A stretch of 64,000 nucleotides of DNA from the human T2T-CHM13v2.0 reference genome, Homo sapiens. The DNA is taken from the NCBI RefSeq assembly GCF_009914755.1, contig NC_060926.1; one strand, 5' to 3'. The position numbers and the translations under genes are program-made. The notes under the pieces were generated by a model. It worked only from the letters and a program-made list of their open reading frames with translations. It was not told the origin of the DNA and did no database searches. The stretch's first letter is position 1. The number at the start of each line of letters is the position of its first letter. Shown piece by piece: positions 25,201 through 42,288 of this stretch.

Positions 25201-27891
25201 AAACAAGTAAAAATTAATTACATTGCACCTAAAAAATGAAAAAAGACTTGAACACATAGTTCAGAAAAAAAGACACATACGAATTGACATGTAAGCAAGA
25301 AAAGAGGCTCAATTTTTCTCATAATAAAACAAATGCAAAGTACAACACCGAAATACCATGTCTCACTTACAGATTGACGAAAACCAAATGCTTGAGAAAA
25401 CATGCTGCTGGCAAGGTCGTGAGGTAGCAGACACTATGGTCATTCCTGGTGAATGTACAAAATCGTACAAATCTAAGCTGGACAATTGCAAATATCTTAC
25501 AAAATTATATGCATTTTTATCCTATGACCTAGCAATCCCATTTCTAGAAACCTACCTGAAACTATTTCCCACAAAAGGAAACAACATAGGCACAAAGTTA
25601 TTCACATAGGCATCATTGATAGCTGTAAAAGATTGAAAACCATCCAAATATTCAACAACTAGAGACCTATTGAATAAACTATGGTTCATCCTCACAATGG
25701 GGTACTTTGCAGCTATAAAAAAGAATGAGAAAGAGCTTCATGAATGGGTATGGAATGAATTTCAAAATTCCGTATATATTGCAAAGTTATAAGCATAAGA
25801 TGCAAAACAGTGCACATGGCATAATATGATACTTTTGTGTATATATATTTTAAAAACTGATAAAACAAATGAAAATTGTTACTTACAGGGCTGAGTAGCA
25901 ACAGGGTCAGGGGAATAGGGATAGAAATGAGAATTCTATGAGTACACCTTTTGAATCACATATTCAAAAAGTAAAATTAAATCAAAAGGACAAAAAAATT
26001 CATGTCAGACAAACGCAAAATATCAGCAGGTTGAATTTACCCACCTTTTCTGCAACCATTGACCTATGCAATTACATACAGTCTTAAGGACTTCCTTGGC
26101 TTTCTAAGGTGCATTCTGAGGCTGTGAATAGAAAATATGGCTTGGGGAAGGAGAATTAAGATTTAAAATTAGGTTAGGCTGATTGCATTCACCTTCATAA
26201 AGACTAATAGCCAGTTACATTATAATTAGCTGCTCAATTCCATTACCTTCACAATGCATAGAGAAATATTACTCACAAGTTTTTCATTCTGTCTTTTCAT
26301 CTTTCTCCCAAAGTGATTTTGATCACATACCAAGTTCAAAAACTTATTATTCGGTTTCTAAGATTTCAGGAAACAAGGCCAACTTTATCCTCATTTCCAT
26401 CATCTGACTCACACACCAAGCCCCTGAGGCAGCAACGCCGAACATATTGGTATCAGCAATTACAGGCTGACTCATCCAAGAACGTGCACAATTAACCTAT
26501 TGAACATCTCTCCACCGGGCTTTTCATCCTCAGTAGGACCATCTGCACCACATTCACCCAGGGCAGGAGCCCAGCCAACCCAGTGTGCATTCCCACGCAT
26601 TTCCGCTTTGATGCCAAGCCAGAAGCAATTCATAACCCCACAGTGCAGTGCCGCATCAGCAATGGATCTCAAGCTCAGAACATTCACTCTAAGCTGAACA
26701 GACCATTTCTGGGTTCTCTGCTCCTACCATGCTAACCCTGAAAGCACCCCAAAACTTAAGAAAGGGATTTCCTACTGTTGCAATGCTTCATCTAACAGTT
26801 AACAAAATATTAATACTATAGGGCTTAAGACTCCAAATTCCAAGTTTTATTTGGATATAGGTTTCACCACCTGGTTCGGTGAAGGGCCATAGGAAAAATC
26901 ACTCTCACTAAATTTCAGTGTCCTCATTTGTTAGACACCCAGGTAACAATTTTTTTGGTAAAAATTTAAATGAGGTACTTGATAGGTACTAGAGTTGCAA
27001 ATAAGTATTCTGGCCCCCTAGTCAATGTACTGAGAAAAATTAGTTCTTATTTCTAACTGATGACATCTTCTCCCTAAGAATTCCCACCCAACCCACCAAG
27101 AGTAGAAAAAAGAAACAACACAAACAACAAAACCCTGAACTCTGCCGTTTAAGAGCTCTCAATTCCTTCCAGTTAAGAGTATCCTTGGGGTAACACAGCG
27201 TATTTCATGTACACATTCACCTTGTCAAATCTTCCACCCTACTTCTCTTCTGCAAGGAGGATTACTAGGATGACTTAACGGTAGCAGGGAAAAGGGATAC
27301 AACTCCAGGTGCCAACTCTGGTATTCACTGATCTCTACTGCAGAGTGGCTGGCTGGTCTGGTTCTGCCCTGGCCTGGGTTCTGTGAAGGTCCAAGTGACA
27401 GGGTTGTACCTGGTTGGGAGTGGTCATTCTATGCTGCCCACTGCTCAAGCCAGCAGCTGACACAATGATGATCTATTTATTTGGCTCGATCAAGACTTGC
27501 CTTGCCCACTGGGTCCCAATTCAGTGTGCAGGTGTGCCAGGACTCCTGTCTTTCCCTGTCCCTGGCAATTCTACCCCCAGAGAATTCTTAGCTACTCTCC
27601 TTTCTGCCACCAGAAAAGGCTTTTAGGAACTGCTGGGTCCCTTGATATCCCACTGGAGATAAGTGCAGCTCAACAGAGCTAGCACGTGTGGCCACCTCTC
27701 TACTCCCTTTTTATGCTATCACTCCCCTGAACACTGGAGCCAATAGCATTAGCAGTTGTCTCTCAGGGTTTCAAAGAGGGAATGGGATCAGAACCATTGT
27801 TTCCAATATATCTCGTTCTGCAATAACACTCTCCTTACTCTGGCCCTCCCTGGAACTTTGGTTCAAAAAGAGGTATCAAAACATTTGTTGT

Positions 27892-28732
27892 AATCATATG
27901 AAAAAAGCTCAGCATCACTGATCTTTAAAGAAATGCAAATCAAAACAACAATGAGATACCATTTCACACCAGCCAGAATGACTATTATTAAAAAGTCAAA
28001 AAATAACAGATGCTGGTGAGATGGTGGAGAAAAAAAAAGAATGCTTATACACTGTCGGTGGGAGTGTAAATTAGTTCATCCATTGTGGAAGACAGTGTGG
28101 CAATTCCTCAAAGACCTAAACACAGGAATACCATTCGACCCAGCAATCCCATTACTGGGTATATACCCAGAGGAATATAAATTATTATATTATAAAGATA
28201 CATGCCCGTGTATGTTCATTGCAGCACTACTATTCACAATAACAAAGACATGGAATCAACCTCAATTCCCATCAATAACAGACTGGATAAATAAAATGTG
28301 GTTCGTATACACCACAGAATACTATGCAGCCATAAAAAGGAATGAGAACATGTCCTTTGCAGGGTCATGGATGGAGCTGGAGGCCATTATCCCTAGCAAA
28401 CTAACAAAGAAACAGAAAACCAAATACCAACATGTTCTCACTTATAAGTGGGAGCTGAATGATAAGAACACATGGACACATGGTAGGGAACAAGACACAG
28501 ACACACTGCGGCCGTTTGGAAGGTGGAGGATGGGAGGAGGGAGAGGATCAGGAAAAAATAACTAATGTGTACTAGGCTTAATACCTGGGTGATGAAATAA
28601 TCTGTACAACAAACCCCCGTAACACAAGTTTATCTAGGCAGCAAACTTGCATTAGACCCCAAACTTAAAATTAAAGTTTTTTAAAAATAAAAAAAGATGT
28701 CCACACAAAACAAACAAATAAAAAAAAAACAC
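27892..28732 (+). mobile_element. 5'-truncated L1PA13-16-like element
   Basis: ORF 28041-28565 translates to the L1 ORF2 C-terminus (HCRWECKLVHPLWKTVW...DPAIPLLGIYP); 3' UTR GGAAAAATAACTAATG; TSD AAAC(A/G)TTTGTTGT. Confidence 0.92.
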
Positions 28733-29076
28733 AAACGTTTGTTGTTTTCCAACAATGCTGTCTTCACACAGGCTCTTTTCTTTGTCTGGAAGGGACGTTG
28801 CAATGTTATATCCTTCTTCTGGTAGTGGCATCCAACAGGCCCACTTCTCTGAGGCCATAAAAGTGCATGGGGAACAAGAAAGGAACCAGTTTACTGATAA
28901 GGGAAGTTCCAAAGTAGAGTTTCTTTGTTATTTATGTACAGCATTTAGCATTGTGTCTGGTACAGAACATGCGCTCAATAATGGCAGCTAGTACTAATAA
29001 TAATATTCTGTATTTGTTCGAGGAAGGCTCTCCTTCTCCACACTTTTTCAAACTAAGTCAAATTATGAAAAGTCTA

Positions 29077-29374
<298 letters not shown>

Positions 29375-30244
29375 TCATGTGTCAGTTGAATTTGCCTTTA
29401 TTGATACTAAAGGCAACCAGAAGGTCCATGTTTGTCTTGTGAGTGTTGTAAATGATTATTGATTCAAATGTACATACAGGCTTTATCTCTATTTTCACAT
29501 TGCCAATAGCCCTATTACCCTGGTTTTATGATGCCAATGAAGGAGAATTGTATGAAAGTCTCCCTGTGGAAAGATATTTCTAATACTTACTAATTTGTGC
29601 ATTCATCTGTGCAGCATATATGTCTGGGAATACACGAATAAAATACAGTTTCCGTACCTTCTGGACATAAGACAAAGAGCTTATTCCTTAATATACAAAG
29701 AGCTTTTACAAATCAATAAGTGAAAAAACACAAAATTTGAGCAAGGATGTGATCCACACAAACACATACACATACACACACCCACACAAATCCTATCAAT
29801 ATTTTTTAGTGTTCAATCCACTCAGAGAAATGCAAATTAAATTTCTAAGATATTACCTAAGAGGATGTTATAATGAGACTGTTTCTGTGTCAGTTTCAGC
29901 TGAGGCAGGAAAACATTAAATTCAAAGGAGACCACACTGCTAAACTTTCTAATTCAATGATCCAGATCAGCCATCTTTTAAACCTTTCATCCATAATAAG
30001 GAGGGAAAAAGGGCTAGAACACTGGAGATTGAGGGAGGATTTCAGACGAGTGTTGCTCGAAAGCTACTAATTTCCTGTGTCCCTCTCCATTAGGGAGCTG
30101 TAAGGGGAGTCTTTGTCTATCACCTTAAATCTAGAGAGAAGAGTTTCAGTGGGACTACCAAGAGCATTTGACACATGCCCCTGAAGTTGGGAAACACAGA
30201 CAATTGATGTCAAACTCCAGCCTGGAAAACCTCCTTAACCTATT

Positions 30245-30370
30245 GGCTCATTCAGCACATATTTATTGGGTGCCTACTTTGTGCAAGTCACTACTGTACA
30301 AAGAGCCGGGGATACAGCAATGAAGAAGGCAAATGAGGCAACACCACCATAGAGCATACAATTTCATGAG
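30245..30370 (-). mobile_element. L2 3' end
   Basis: CATTCAGCACATATTTATTGGGTGCCTACTTTGTGC. Confidence 0.7.
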
Positions 30371-31161
30371 AACCAACGACTTTGCGTTCTGCTATCCAAA
30401 TTTAAATGGTGATCATTCATAAAGATTAGATTTGGGGGAATGCTCCAAGTGAATTGTGGATAAATCTATGCCATTGAGGCATATATTAGTTCACCCCCTT
30501 GGGCAACTAGCTTCCAAAACTCCTGTAAAAAGAAGAGCTTCTAACTACTTGCTTTGGTGTTTTGTTTTGCTGTTTCTGCAAGTGATACGCATTCAACTGA
30601 TCTTTTCCTTCTTCATTTAAAGTCCTTTTTATCAGACTGCTTTTGCTATGAAAAAAGAAAGCTCTTCATTGCTGATGGATAGTTTTTCGTTTTTGTTTTT
30701 TTTTTAAAAAAAAGGTCAAAATAAAACTCTCAACAGAACATCAGCATTTAGTCTGGCTTCAAAGAATAAATAATTTTTTTCATGAAAGTTTTCACTTGGA
30801 GCCTGATTTTCCCTGGAAAGTAATCTTCTAACCAATATTCAGCCTGTGCCCTACCGTCAGTACTTTGTGAGCTTCAAAGTGGGAATTCAGTGAAATTTGA
30901 TGGGCAAGCAACATGCTCAGAGCTGGACTTGGCTCTGTTCCCCTGGTTGTCTCCAGCTCAGCCCTCCGATTTAGGATGTGACAGAAGGAGTTGGAGGTTT
31001 GGGCTTAGCCTCAGAGAAGGGCAGCCCCTGCTTCTCTCCCAGGGACATTGAATGTTCTACTTCACCCACATCCTCTTAGGAATCGTCATCACTTAACAGG
31101 TCTTCTTTCCCTCCACGTCGGTATTCAGCCGTCTCACTGAACCTAATCTTCCTCCCTGCCA

Positions 31162-31345
31162 CCATGGTGTGCTGGTAAAAGTTTAACCACCAACTCTGGA
31201 GTGGGAGAGCCCTGATTTGTAACATTTACTGATTACTGTGGTGTAAATACCCTCACTGTGGTCGATTTCAAGCTACCAACCTGCCACCACTGAATGCAGA
31301 GTTGGAAAGAGATGCTAACAGGATACCACGTGCCAGTCCCACGTG
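31162..31345. mobile_element. MER63-type hAT MITE
   Basis: GGTGTGCTGGTAAAAGTTTAAC...GTGGTGTAAATAC...ATTTCAAGCTACCAAC...GAGTTGGAAAGAGATG. Confidence 0.75.
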
Positions 31346-33499
31346 TTTACTTTTCTCATTCCTCGTTTCTAGACTTCAGATAAGGTGACTGTGGAACCAC
31401 GCCACCTCTGTTTTATGCTTTGTTTTGTTTTCAGAAGAAACCATCTTTTTCCTGCTATTTTGGATTGTGCCTCACTGTCCTGGTGTCTGCGTTATCCTTG
31501 TCACCACCTGGCATCCATCTGTTTTCTTTCCCTGGCATTCTTTCAGATATCATGTCAACCTCTGCCATCTTTTAGTTTTCTTTAGCCACCCTTTGCTTAT
31601 GGTAGCTGTCTTTGTTCCTCTGAGAACCTAGCTATGGTTGATTCATCTCATTTTTCCTTGCTGCTGGACCTCTAAGGATGGCGTGGTTGTGCCTGCTGTC
31701 CCTTCCCAGTGGCTTGATACTTGATCCATGGAACGGCTGGCATAGATAAGGCCACCTAGCAGCCAGTGACTTCTCATCCCCCGTTTCCTTATTTTTGCAC
31801 AAAGCCCTTTTGCAAGATTATTCTTCACATGTACACATCCACCCAGGCTATGGGTAGACACGTACGGCACATTTCAAGTGTGCTGGGAGATGTATACCTC
31901 CGCCTTCTCCTTGATATAGCTAAGAGTTCAGAAAAGATCCACTTCAAGTCTCCACCAACAGCTTTGTCTCTGAGGAAGCAATTGCTGCTGCAGCACTTCG
32001 TAGGAAGCCATTAGCTCTGGCACAGCTTCATCGCTTTGGAAATAGGAAGATTAAATGGGAAGAGTTGGGAATGTATTGTGATACCCAGGGAATCTATAAC
32101 ACAAAAATAACAATATGTGGGAAAATATAATGCATTCTGTTATTTCAGATGATTCTCATTTCATCACAGAACCTCCTTTTACTGAAGGGAAATGCTTCTG
32201 AGGTCAGATAAAAAGGGAAGTGTTTTTACCAGGGAGTATTAACCTTGTTATTCTCAAGAAAGCTTTCTGTGTCTCCTGATCGCTTCCCTGGTGGTTGCAC
32301 CTGGGAAGCCTGGGACCAACCTCTATCTTACCACATAACAACAGCTGGTAACACATTCCAGGAAGATGCGGATGAGTGGTGAGGAAGAAAAGCTCTTCCA
32401 GAATAACTGATATACTCAAGATTCTCTGTATGCATGCGCTTACACGATTTTTGTTTGCTTGTTTTTTAACTTTTTACTGAGATGTAATTTCAAATGAACA
32501 GAAAATTTGCAAGAATGTATAAAGAATACCTGTATACACTATACCCAAATTCATTACCCATTTATATTTCTGTGTATTTGGTTTTGGTCTGTGTGTTTAC
32601 TTACTGGCTTGGTTAGTTGTGTCTTTTCAAATAATGCAACCTTTTGGTGTCCTCATTCCCTAATTTGGGAATTTGGGGTTTTTTCTTTAATGATTAGAAT
32701 AAAGCTATGTTGTTTCTGACCCAGGAGTTAAAAAAAATAAAAATCAATAAAAATAACAGAATAATGCTTCGGGAAGTTCTGACCAATCAGTAACGTGCAC
32801 TTTTCAGTTTGGAATCCAGATCTGATCACACTGTAAAGGGGCATGACATTTGAAGACATGGATGAAGAATGATGTGAGAAGTTGGGGGCAGAGGAAACTT
32901 ATTGGACAACACTGAAAGTGAGGAGAGTCCTACTGCAAAGGAGTGAGAATAAGATCATCAAGAAAAGCTGAGACAATTAGGGGCTATAAAGAATTAAGTA
33001 ATAATGAGTGTTAAACCTTTCAATGGAGTTACCTTTTTTGTATGTGACTATCTAAGAACTGTGGGGAGGGGAAAGAATAAACGAAAAAGAAAAGGCAAAT
33101 ACTGCTTGAGGGAAGAGTGTGTCATTATCCCTAGGCATTAATGCCACCTGAAGGAGCTCATGGTGCTCCACCGCACACACGACGGAGTGATGTTCACAGA
33201 CCGCCAGCTCAAAGTTGCTAACTAAATAAGTATTCTCTGTCCCAAGTCCCATTACAATTCCAGAAGAAATATAAAAATACAGTCACTACAGCTCTAAAAA
33301 TGCAGAAAAGTTGTCAAAGATGAAACAATCGATATTGATCTACAACTTTTACTCATCAACAAATATTAATGAGTGCACACTCTGTGTTAGGCAGGCAGAA
33401 GTTCCTGCTCTTAATGCATTTGCATTCTTGTGGAAAACAGTTCCCATCCTCATGGGGTGGTTGACATTTGAAGAAACTCCATGCAGACCAACAAGGGAG

Positions 33500-34770
<1,271 letters not shown>

Positions 34771-34875
34771 TACCTTAGGATTCAGCCATCCCACTTTTGC
34801 ATATATATCCAAAGGAAATGAAATCAGTATGTTGAAGAGATGTCTTCATGCCCATATTCATTGCAGCATTATTTA

Positions 34876-35224
<349 letters not shown>

Positions 35225-35240
35225 TCAATAGATAAATGAA

Positions 35241-35548
<308 letters not shown>

Positions 35549-35605
35549 AGATGAATGAATTTTTAAAATGTGATATAAACACACAATGGACTATTGTTCA
35601 GTTTA

Positions 35606-35907
35606 GTTTTGGTTTGGTTTTTTTGAGACAGGTTCTTGCTCTGTGGTCCAGGCTAGGGTGTAGTGGCACAATGATGGCTCACTGCAGCCTCAGCTTCCCT
35701 GGCTCAAGCTATCCTCCCACTTCAGCTTTCCGAGTAGCTGAGACTACAGGTGCCTGCTACCACCCCTAGCTAATTTTTTGCATTTTTGGTAGAGACGGGG
35801 TTTTACCATCTTGCCCAAGCTGGTCTCTAACTCCTGGGTTCAAGTGAACTGCCCGCCTCGGCCTCCCAAAGTGCTGGAATTACAGGTGTGAGCCCCTGTG
35901 CCCATTC
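35606..35907 (-). mobile_element. AluJ
   Basis: CACTGCAGCCTC...GGCTCAAGC.ATCCTCCCAC; TSD TTGTT(C/T)AGTTTA. Confidence 0.92.
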
Positions 35908-37789
35908 TTGTTTAGTTTATAAAAAGAAGAAAATTCTGCCACTTGTGAAAACATGGATAAAGCTAGAGGACATCACGCTAAGTGAAATAAGCCACTCACA
36001 GCAGGGTGAATACTGCATGGTTCCACCTATATGAGGTATCTACAATAGTCAAACTCATAGAAGCAGAGAATTGTTGCCAGAGGCTGGAGGGGGTGGGAAA
36101 TGGGAAGCTGTTGTTTAATGAGTATAAAGTGTCAGCTACACTAGATGAATAAATTCTAGAGAGCTGTTGTACAATATAGTTCCTGTAGTTAATAACATGG
36201 TATTGTGCACTTTAAAAGTTATCAAGAGGGTAGATCTCATGTTGTGTTCTTACCGAAAATCAAAAATGAAAGCAAAAACAAAGAGACACAAGGAAACCTT
36301 GAGAGGTGTTGGATATGCCTATTACCTTGATTGTGACAATGATATCATGGGTGTCTGCATATTTTCAAACTCATCAGATTGTACATATTAAATATGCACA
36401 GACTTTGCTTTATTAAAGCATCATTGGACAAAATACCAAGTCCAATTAGCATGTGAAAAGATACCTAACCTACAAAGTAATCAAGTAATCTCACAAGTTA
36501 AAACAACAATGGATGCCAAGTTTTGTCCATCAGACTGGCAAAAATAGAAAATGCTGATAATAACCAGTGCAGGCATATATATAGGTAAATTGGGACTTGT
36601 AGGCTTGACAGAGAGTACAAATTAAACTTTGCAACTGTAACTTGGTGTCATATGACAAAATTACAACATACATGTCTTTTAAATTAGAAATTCCAGCAAA
36701 TCTATAAAACTGTCCAAGATACATGCAAACAGATATTTGTATACGGAAGTCAATAGTTAATATTATCTGCAATATAAAAAATTGTTGTAATCTAATTATT
36801 TATAATAGTCTAAGCATTATACAGTGTATGGCAGATGTATTCTGTGAAATACTACTCAGTCATGGAAAACAATGAGGCAGCTATAATAGTCTGATATTAA
36901 TCGCCAATCATGATTTTTGTTAGAAGGTAATCAACATGCATTTCTTTCTTTTCCCTCCTGACTGAATTCCAATTCACTTAAAGTAGCAATGTGCCCAGAT
37001 GAAGGTTTTCTTGAGAGATGGGTAGGTAATGTTGTGCAAACGGAAGTCGATGGGTTTCTGGAAAAGCTAATTAAGAGCGACTGGCTGATTAAATTACATT
37101 CTCCCCATCAATTTCTTCGTCACTCTTGTCTGTATTAGTGATACAATGGCTAGCTCCTGTAGCTATCTTGAATTATGAGATGATCTGGAAGGTGAAAGCC
37201 ATATGCTAAGAATGGCATATGGAAAGGGTAAAAACGGAAGGAGTGGAAAACAAAAAGCATTTTTCAGAACAATATGTGTAAAATATCTGATCTGTGTTTT
37301 TAAAAACCATGTAAATGTGTTTGTATAGAAAGAAAGTCTTTAACAATATACTCAAATTGGTATGAGTGGCTTTTTTATGGAGAGAAGAGTGTATTGTTAT
37401 AAGTTTAATGTTATGCGTTATGGGGAACTTCCTTTTTTGATCTTACTTTTGAATGGTTTTAATTTTTAAAAGCTTATTGCATGCTGTATTTGAAACTTTT
37501 AAAATAACTAAATATATGTAGCCTTGTGTTTTTAGTACAACTTTAATTCTGAATACTCATTTATATTTGATTATTTCAAATGCTGCAATTTTGATAAAAT
37601 GGCACTAAGGCCAAAAGAGACCTTGTAGATTTTCCAATTCCATCTCAAAATTTGACAGGTATGTCCATCAGTCTAGAAAGGTGAATAACCGACCTCAAAG
37701 AAATGCAGCTACCTTACAGCATAGGTCTGGAGGAGCCAACTAATTAAAAACTTAATTTGGAAGCACTAAATTAATTAAAAACCTAATAT

Positions 37790-38000
37790 AATTCAGGTGC
37801 TCTGTTATATATGTTATCATTTATTCTTCACTTAAACCTTATATGATACCTATAATATCTCTATTTTACAGATGAGGAAAGTAAATTTTGAATAGTTTAA
37901 CATAATCAATTTCCCTGAGAATATACATCAATTAAGGAAGGAACCTGGATTTAAAATCTGATCTACTTGCTTCAGCCTCTTTCCACTTCACCACATTGCC
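37790..38000 (-). mobile_element. MIR
   Basis: ATTTTACAGATGAGGAAA core. Confidence 0.75.
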
Positions 38001-39640
38001 GCCCACACAACCCCTTGTGCAAACATTGTAAACAATAGCGTGGCCTAGCAGCTCCCAAGTTAATTTCCCCCATTATTATTTATTTGCTAAGTGTTATACA
38101 ACAGCCACCAGAGAACCCCATCCCCAGGGAACCTGTCACTGTAGACTGTGCACCTAGACTGCTCACGTGGACTGCCTGATTTAAAATTGGTCCCACGTTG
38201 CCAAAGGAGGAATGTCAGTTGTTCCATTAATTGAAATGACATGACATAAAATATCAGTGATGCATGGCCAAAAGGCTCCCAGAAAACAAGGAAACATTGA
38301 TGAGAGATAGGCCAGGGATTTCAAAGTTTCAAGAGACAGTATCCTCCACTGGGTTTCTGTAAATCAGTCAGCGCTTAGTCATCAAGAAAAGTAACAACAA
38401 CTTCAGGACCAGAGACACTGATTTTCTCCGTGAAAGCCAATCCAGTGGCAATGCGAAGACATTACAGGACAAAGGACAAGCCTAATGGCAGAGAAGCAAC
38501 ACAAGCCCCAGAAGAGAGATCTCACAGCAAAATGAAAAATTCAAGAAATTCTGAAATTCTTTGAACTTATTTTCTTTTGTCATAGTTTTTTTTTCATTTA
38601 TATCTGTGTTTAACAGTTTTTAAAGCTTTCTTTTCCCAAACCTTCACTCAAAATGCATACCCAGGAAGATTTGTCACATTCAATTTGGAGTTTCCATAGA
38701 ATACCTGAAAATTATACAGAATTGAAAACAAAAGATGAATTATCAGATTCAGAGTACAACAGGTCTTAACCAGGGTAAATGAAAATGTTTCCACACTGAT
38801 GCAACAAAAATAAACCATACATACTGTTTTAGGGTAAAGATTCTGACAGAGTATTAGAATATCATATCTTTCTGCATGAAGGGAGAAGAAATGAATTCCA
38901 AGATTCCACTGGCTAACAAACCAAAGAAAAACTATTTAGCATATCTTCCAAAATTATCGACATTAATATGTATATTGTTATCTATAACAACCAATTTATA
39001 TAAACACAATTGACAAGCTTGATCTAACAGATATACATGAAACTCTGCATGGAATAATCAGAGAATAAAATTGATTAGGTCACAGAACAAGTCCCAATAA
39101 ATGTCTAACAACTGTATTTTCACCACCAGGCCATAAAGTTTGAAATCTAGTTTTTCAATGATAACTTTCTTTTAAAAAAATTATACATACTTAGAAACTT
39201 AAAAACACGTGTATAGATAATGTATGGCTCAAAGAAAGAATCATAAGGAAAAATCAGAAAATACCAGAAACTGAACTACAAATGTCCCAGAGCTCTACCT
39301 CACCTGCATTCCTGTCTCCTCTTTGAGAAGAATCTTGTATTAGTCATTTACCCCTCAACATGAATCTCAGGCAATGAGCTCTCTGCCTTGGGGAAATTTC
39401 CACTTAAAGTACATCAGTGTCATAAGGGCCTAGACAATGAGCCAGTCTTGTGGGTTCAAATTTTGTTTCTGCTCTTTACTAACTATGTGACCACAGATAA
39501 GTGACTTGTCCTCTTTGTGCCTCGGTTGCCTCATCCATAAAGTAGAAATAACAATAGCTATATCAAAAACTGTAATGATGATTGAATATATCTAGCAGTG
39601 TGTGTGTGGTGTGTTTATACTGTTAGAATAGTGCCTGACA

Positions 39641-40000
<360 letters not shown>

Positions 40001-41861
40001 CTATTCATTACTAGCAGAATATCAGTAAACAGGTAGAGATGGTATTTAGGGAACAGGGACTTTGCAAAAGCCCCAAAATCCTGTTTTCAGGCAGCTTTCT
40101 CTCTACCTATCATTGAATCCAAACCTACATTTTAGTTCAACCAAATTAAAAATTGTCACTTTTCTCGCCATCTCATACTACCACGGTCTTTGTCTAGGAC
40201 TTAGCAATGTTTCCTTGAATGATTAGCAGTTCTTCCACTCTGGAATTTTCATCTGCAAGCCCTCCTCAAGTCAGGGCCAGAGGAGACCAATAAAATTGGG
40301 GAATTCTAGGATCATCCCATTCAACAAACTCCCTCCACAATATACTGATGTAGCATAAAAGATTAATCCCATTAGAGAATAAAGAATTATGTTTCATTCA
40401 AATAAAATTTAAAATTGAGTTGGACAAAACTACCTTGGTAATACACATGGTATTTGTTTGTAGTAACCATCCTTTCAATTAAGAGCAAAACATCTCCTAA
40501 GTGAGAAGGAGTTCAGATTGTTGCCTTTGCTTTGCCAAGCCTGCAAGAAGAAAATCTGCAGCATCTGGAGAGGTGAAATTTGCTCTTTATTCTCTTTACA
40601 TGGGCCATGAAGGGCTAGACCTCTCATTTTAAAGGTGGTGGAGCTTTCTCTCTTCTCCCTGCAGGTGTCATGTTGTAGTGGACACTTCCATCATCTATGT
40701 TTAGTGATTACTCACTGCTTCCCATGTGTGGGAGGAAGAATGACTCATCAGGTTGTTTAGAAAGAATCCAGGACAAAGGGACAGGTTCTGTGCCTTTCCA
40801 TCTGCCTTCCAGAGACAGCCTGATATTCCTTCTCAATCTCTCTTTCTCTCTCTCTCTCTCTTTCTGTTTCTTTCTCTCTCTCATTTTCCCTCCCTCCCTC
40901 CTAGCTTCCAACTTCACTGCCTATAAACATGTGAGGAAATCAGGCTGCCCCTGCTCCATTTGTCTGGTTGTCTTCAATTTGGGGCGAAAATCAGGGAAGG
41001 GACCTTTTTTAATATAGCCAGGGACCCTGCCTTTCACAGTAAAAAGCAACTTGATGGGCCATTATAAGGGCTCCTGTGAGGCTTTCAGTTCTTTGTGAGA
41101 ATAAATTACTACCAAGAACTGTGAAGGAAAAGGGGTGAGTCTACACTTCTAATATATTCATACTTACCCCTAATTTAGAATTAGGAATATTAAGCAGTTT
41201 TTACTAACTGGGATTTTTTTCTAATATATAATTATTTAACTTGTAATGTTGAAAAGATGAGTAATAAATAGCTTCACTATAATAGCCTTTCCTGGGATGG
41301 TCTCTTTTTGAACTCAAGATATCATTTGAATTATGTTCCTTGAATCTAGTAATTTCAGACCATTTACTATAACATAATTGAAAGAAACATTGTCATGAAT
41401 CTGGCCTAACTAGATATTGACATTTCTTAAGGAAATGCCAAAAAAAAGAAAAAAAAAACTGTACATGAAACAAACAAACAAACAAAAAAAAAACCATAAG
41501 TGAAACAATGGGTAAATACACCAATGATAGGAAACCTGGGCACCCAGTGAAGGTAAGATGCGAATCACTAGAGTTTTAAACAAAACTTATTCATGCCTCA
41601 GGTCCTCCTCAAAAATAATAGATTAAAAAGAAATTATGCAGTTGAATAAGAGCTTTATGGGAATGTCCTCTAATGGAACAATTTTTTTTTCAGAGTAATT
41701 GCAAAGAAAGCAATTTGGTGGTTTTTACTGAATAGCACAGAATAATTTAAGGACGCAAGAGCACGTGCCCTCCATAAGGGATGACCCTCTTACTGGGAGG
41801 GCTGCCTTAGCATTGCAGTCATGGCCAGGTGCATTCCAGATGCCCACTACGGCTTTGATTA

Positions 41862-42288
<427 letters not shown>

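Larger units (their letters stand above)
23200..25900 (+). mobile_element. Old L1M ORF2/3' region hosting a younger L1 and an Alu
   Basis: TTTGCAGATGATGA (FADD motif remnant), CAACATCATAAA, AAAGACTTGAACAC, GACCTAGCAATCCCATTTCTAG. Confidence 0.75.

Noticed and set aside
28041-28565. 174-aa ORF
   Set aside because: Degenerate L1 ORF2 C-terminus in a 5'-truncated element, not a gene
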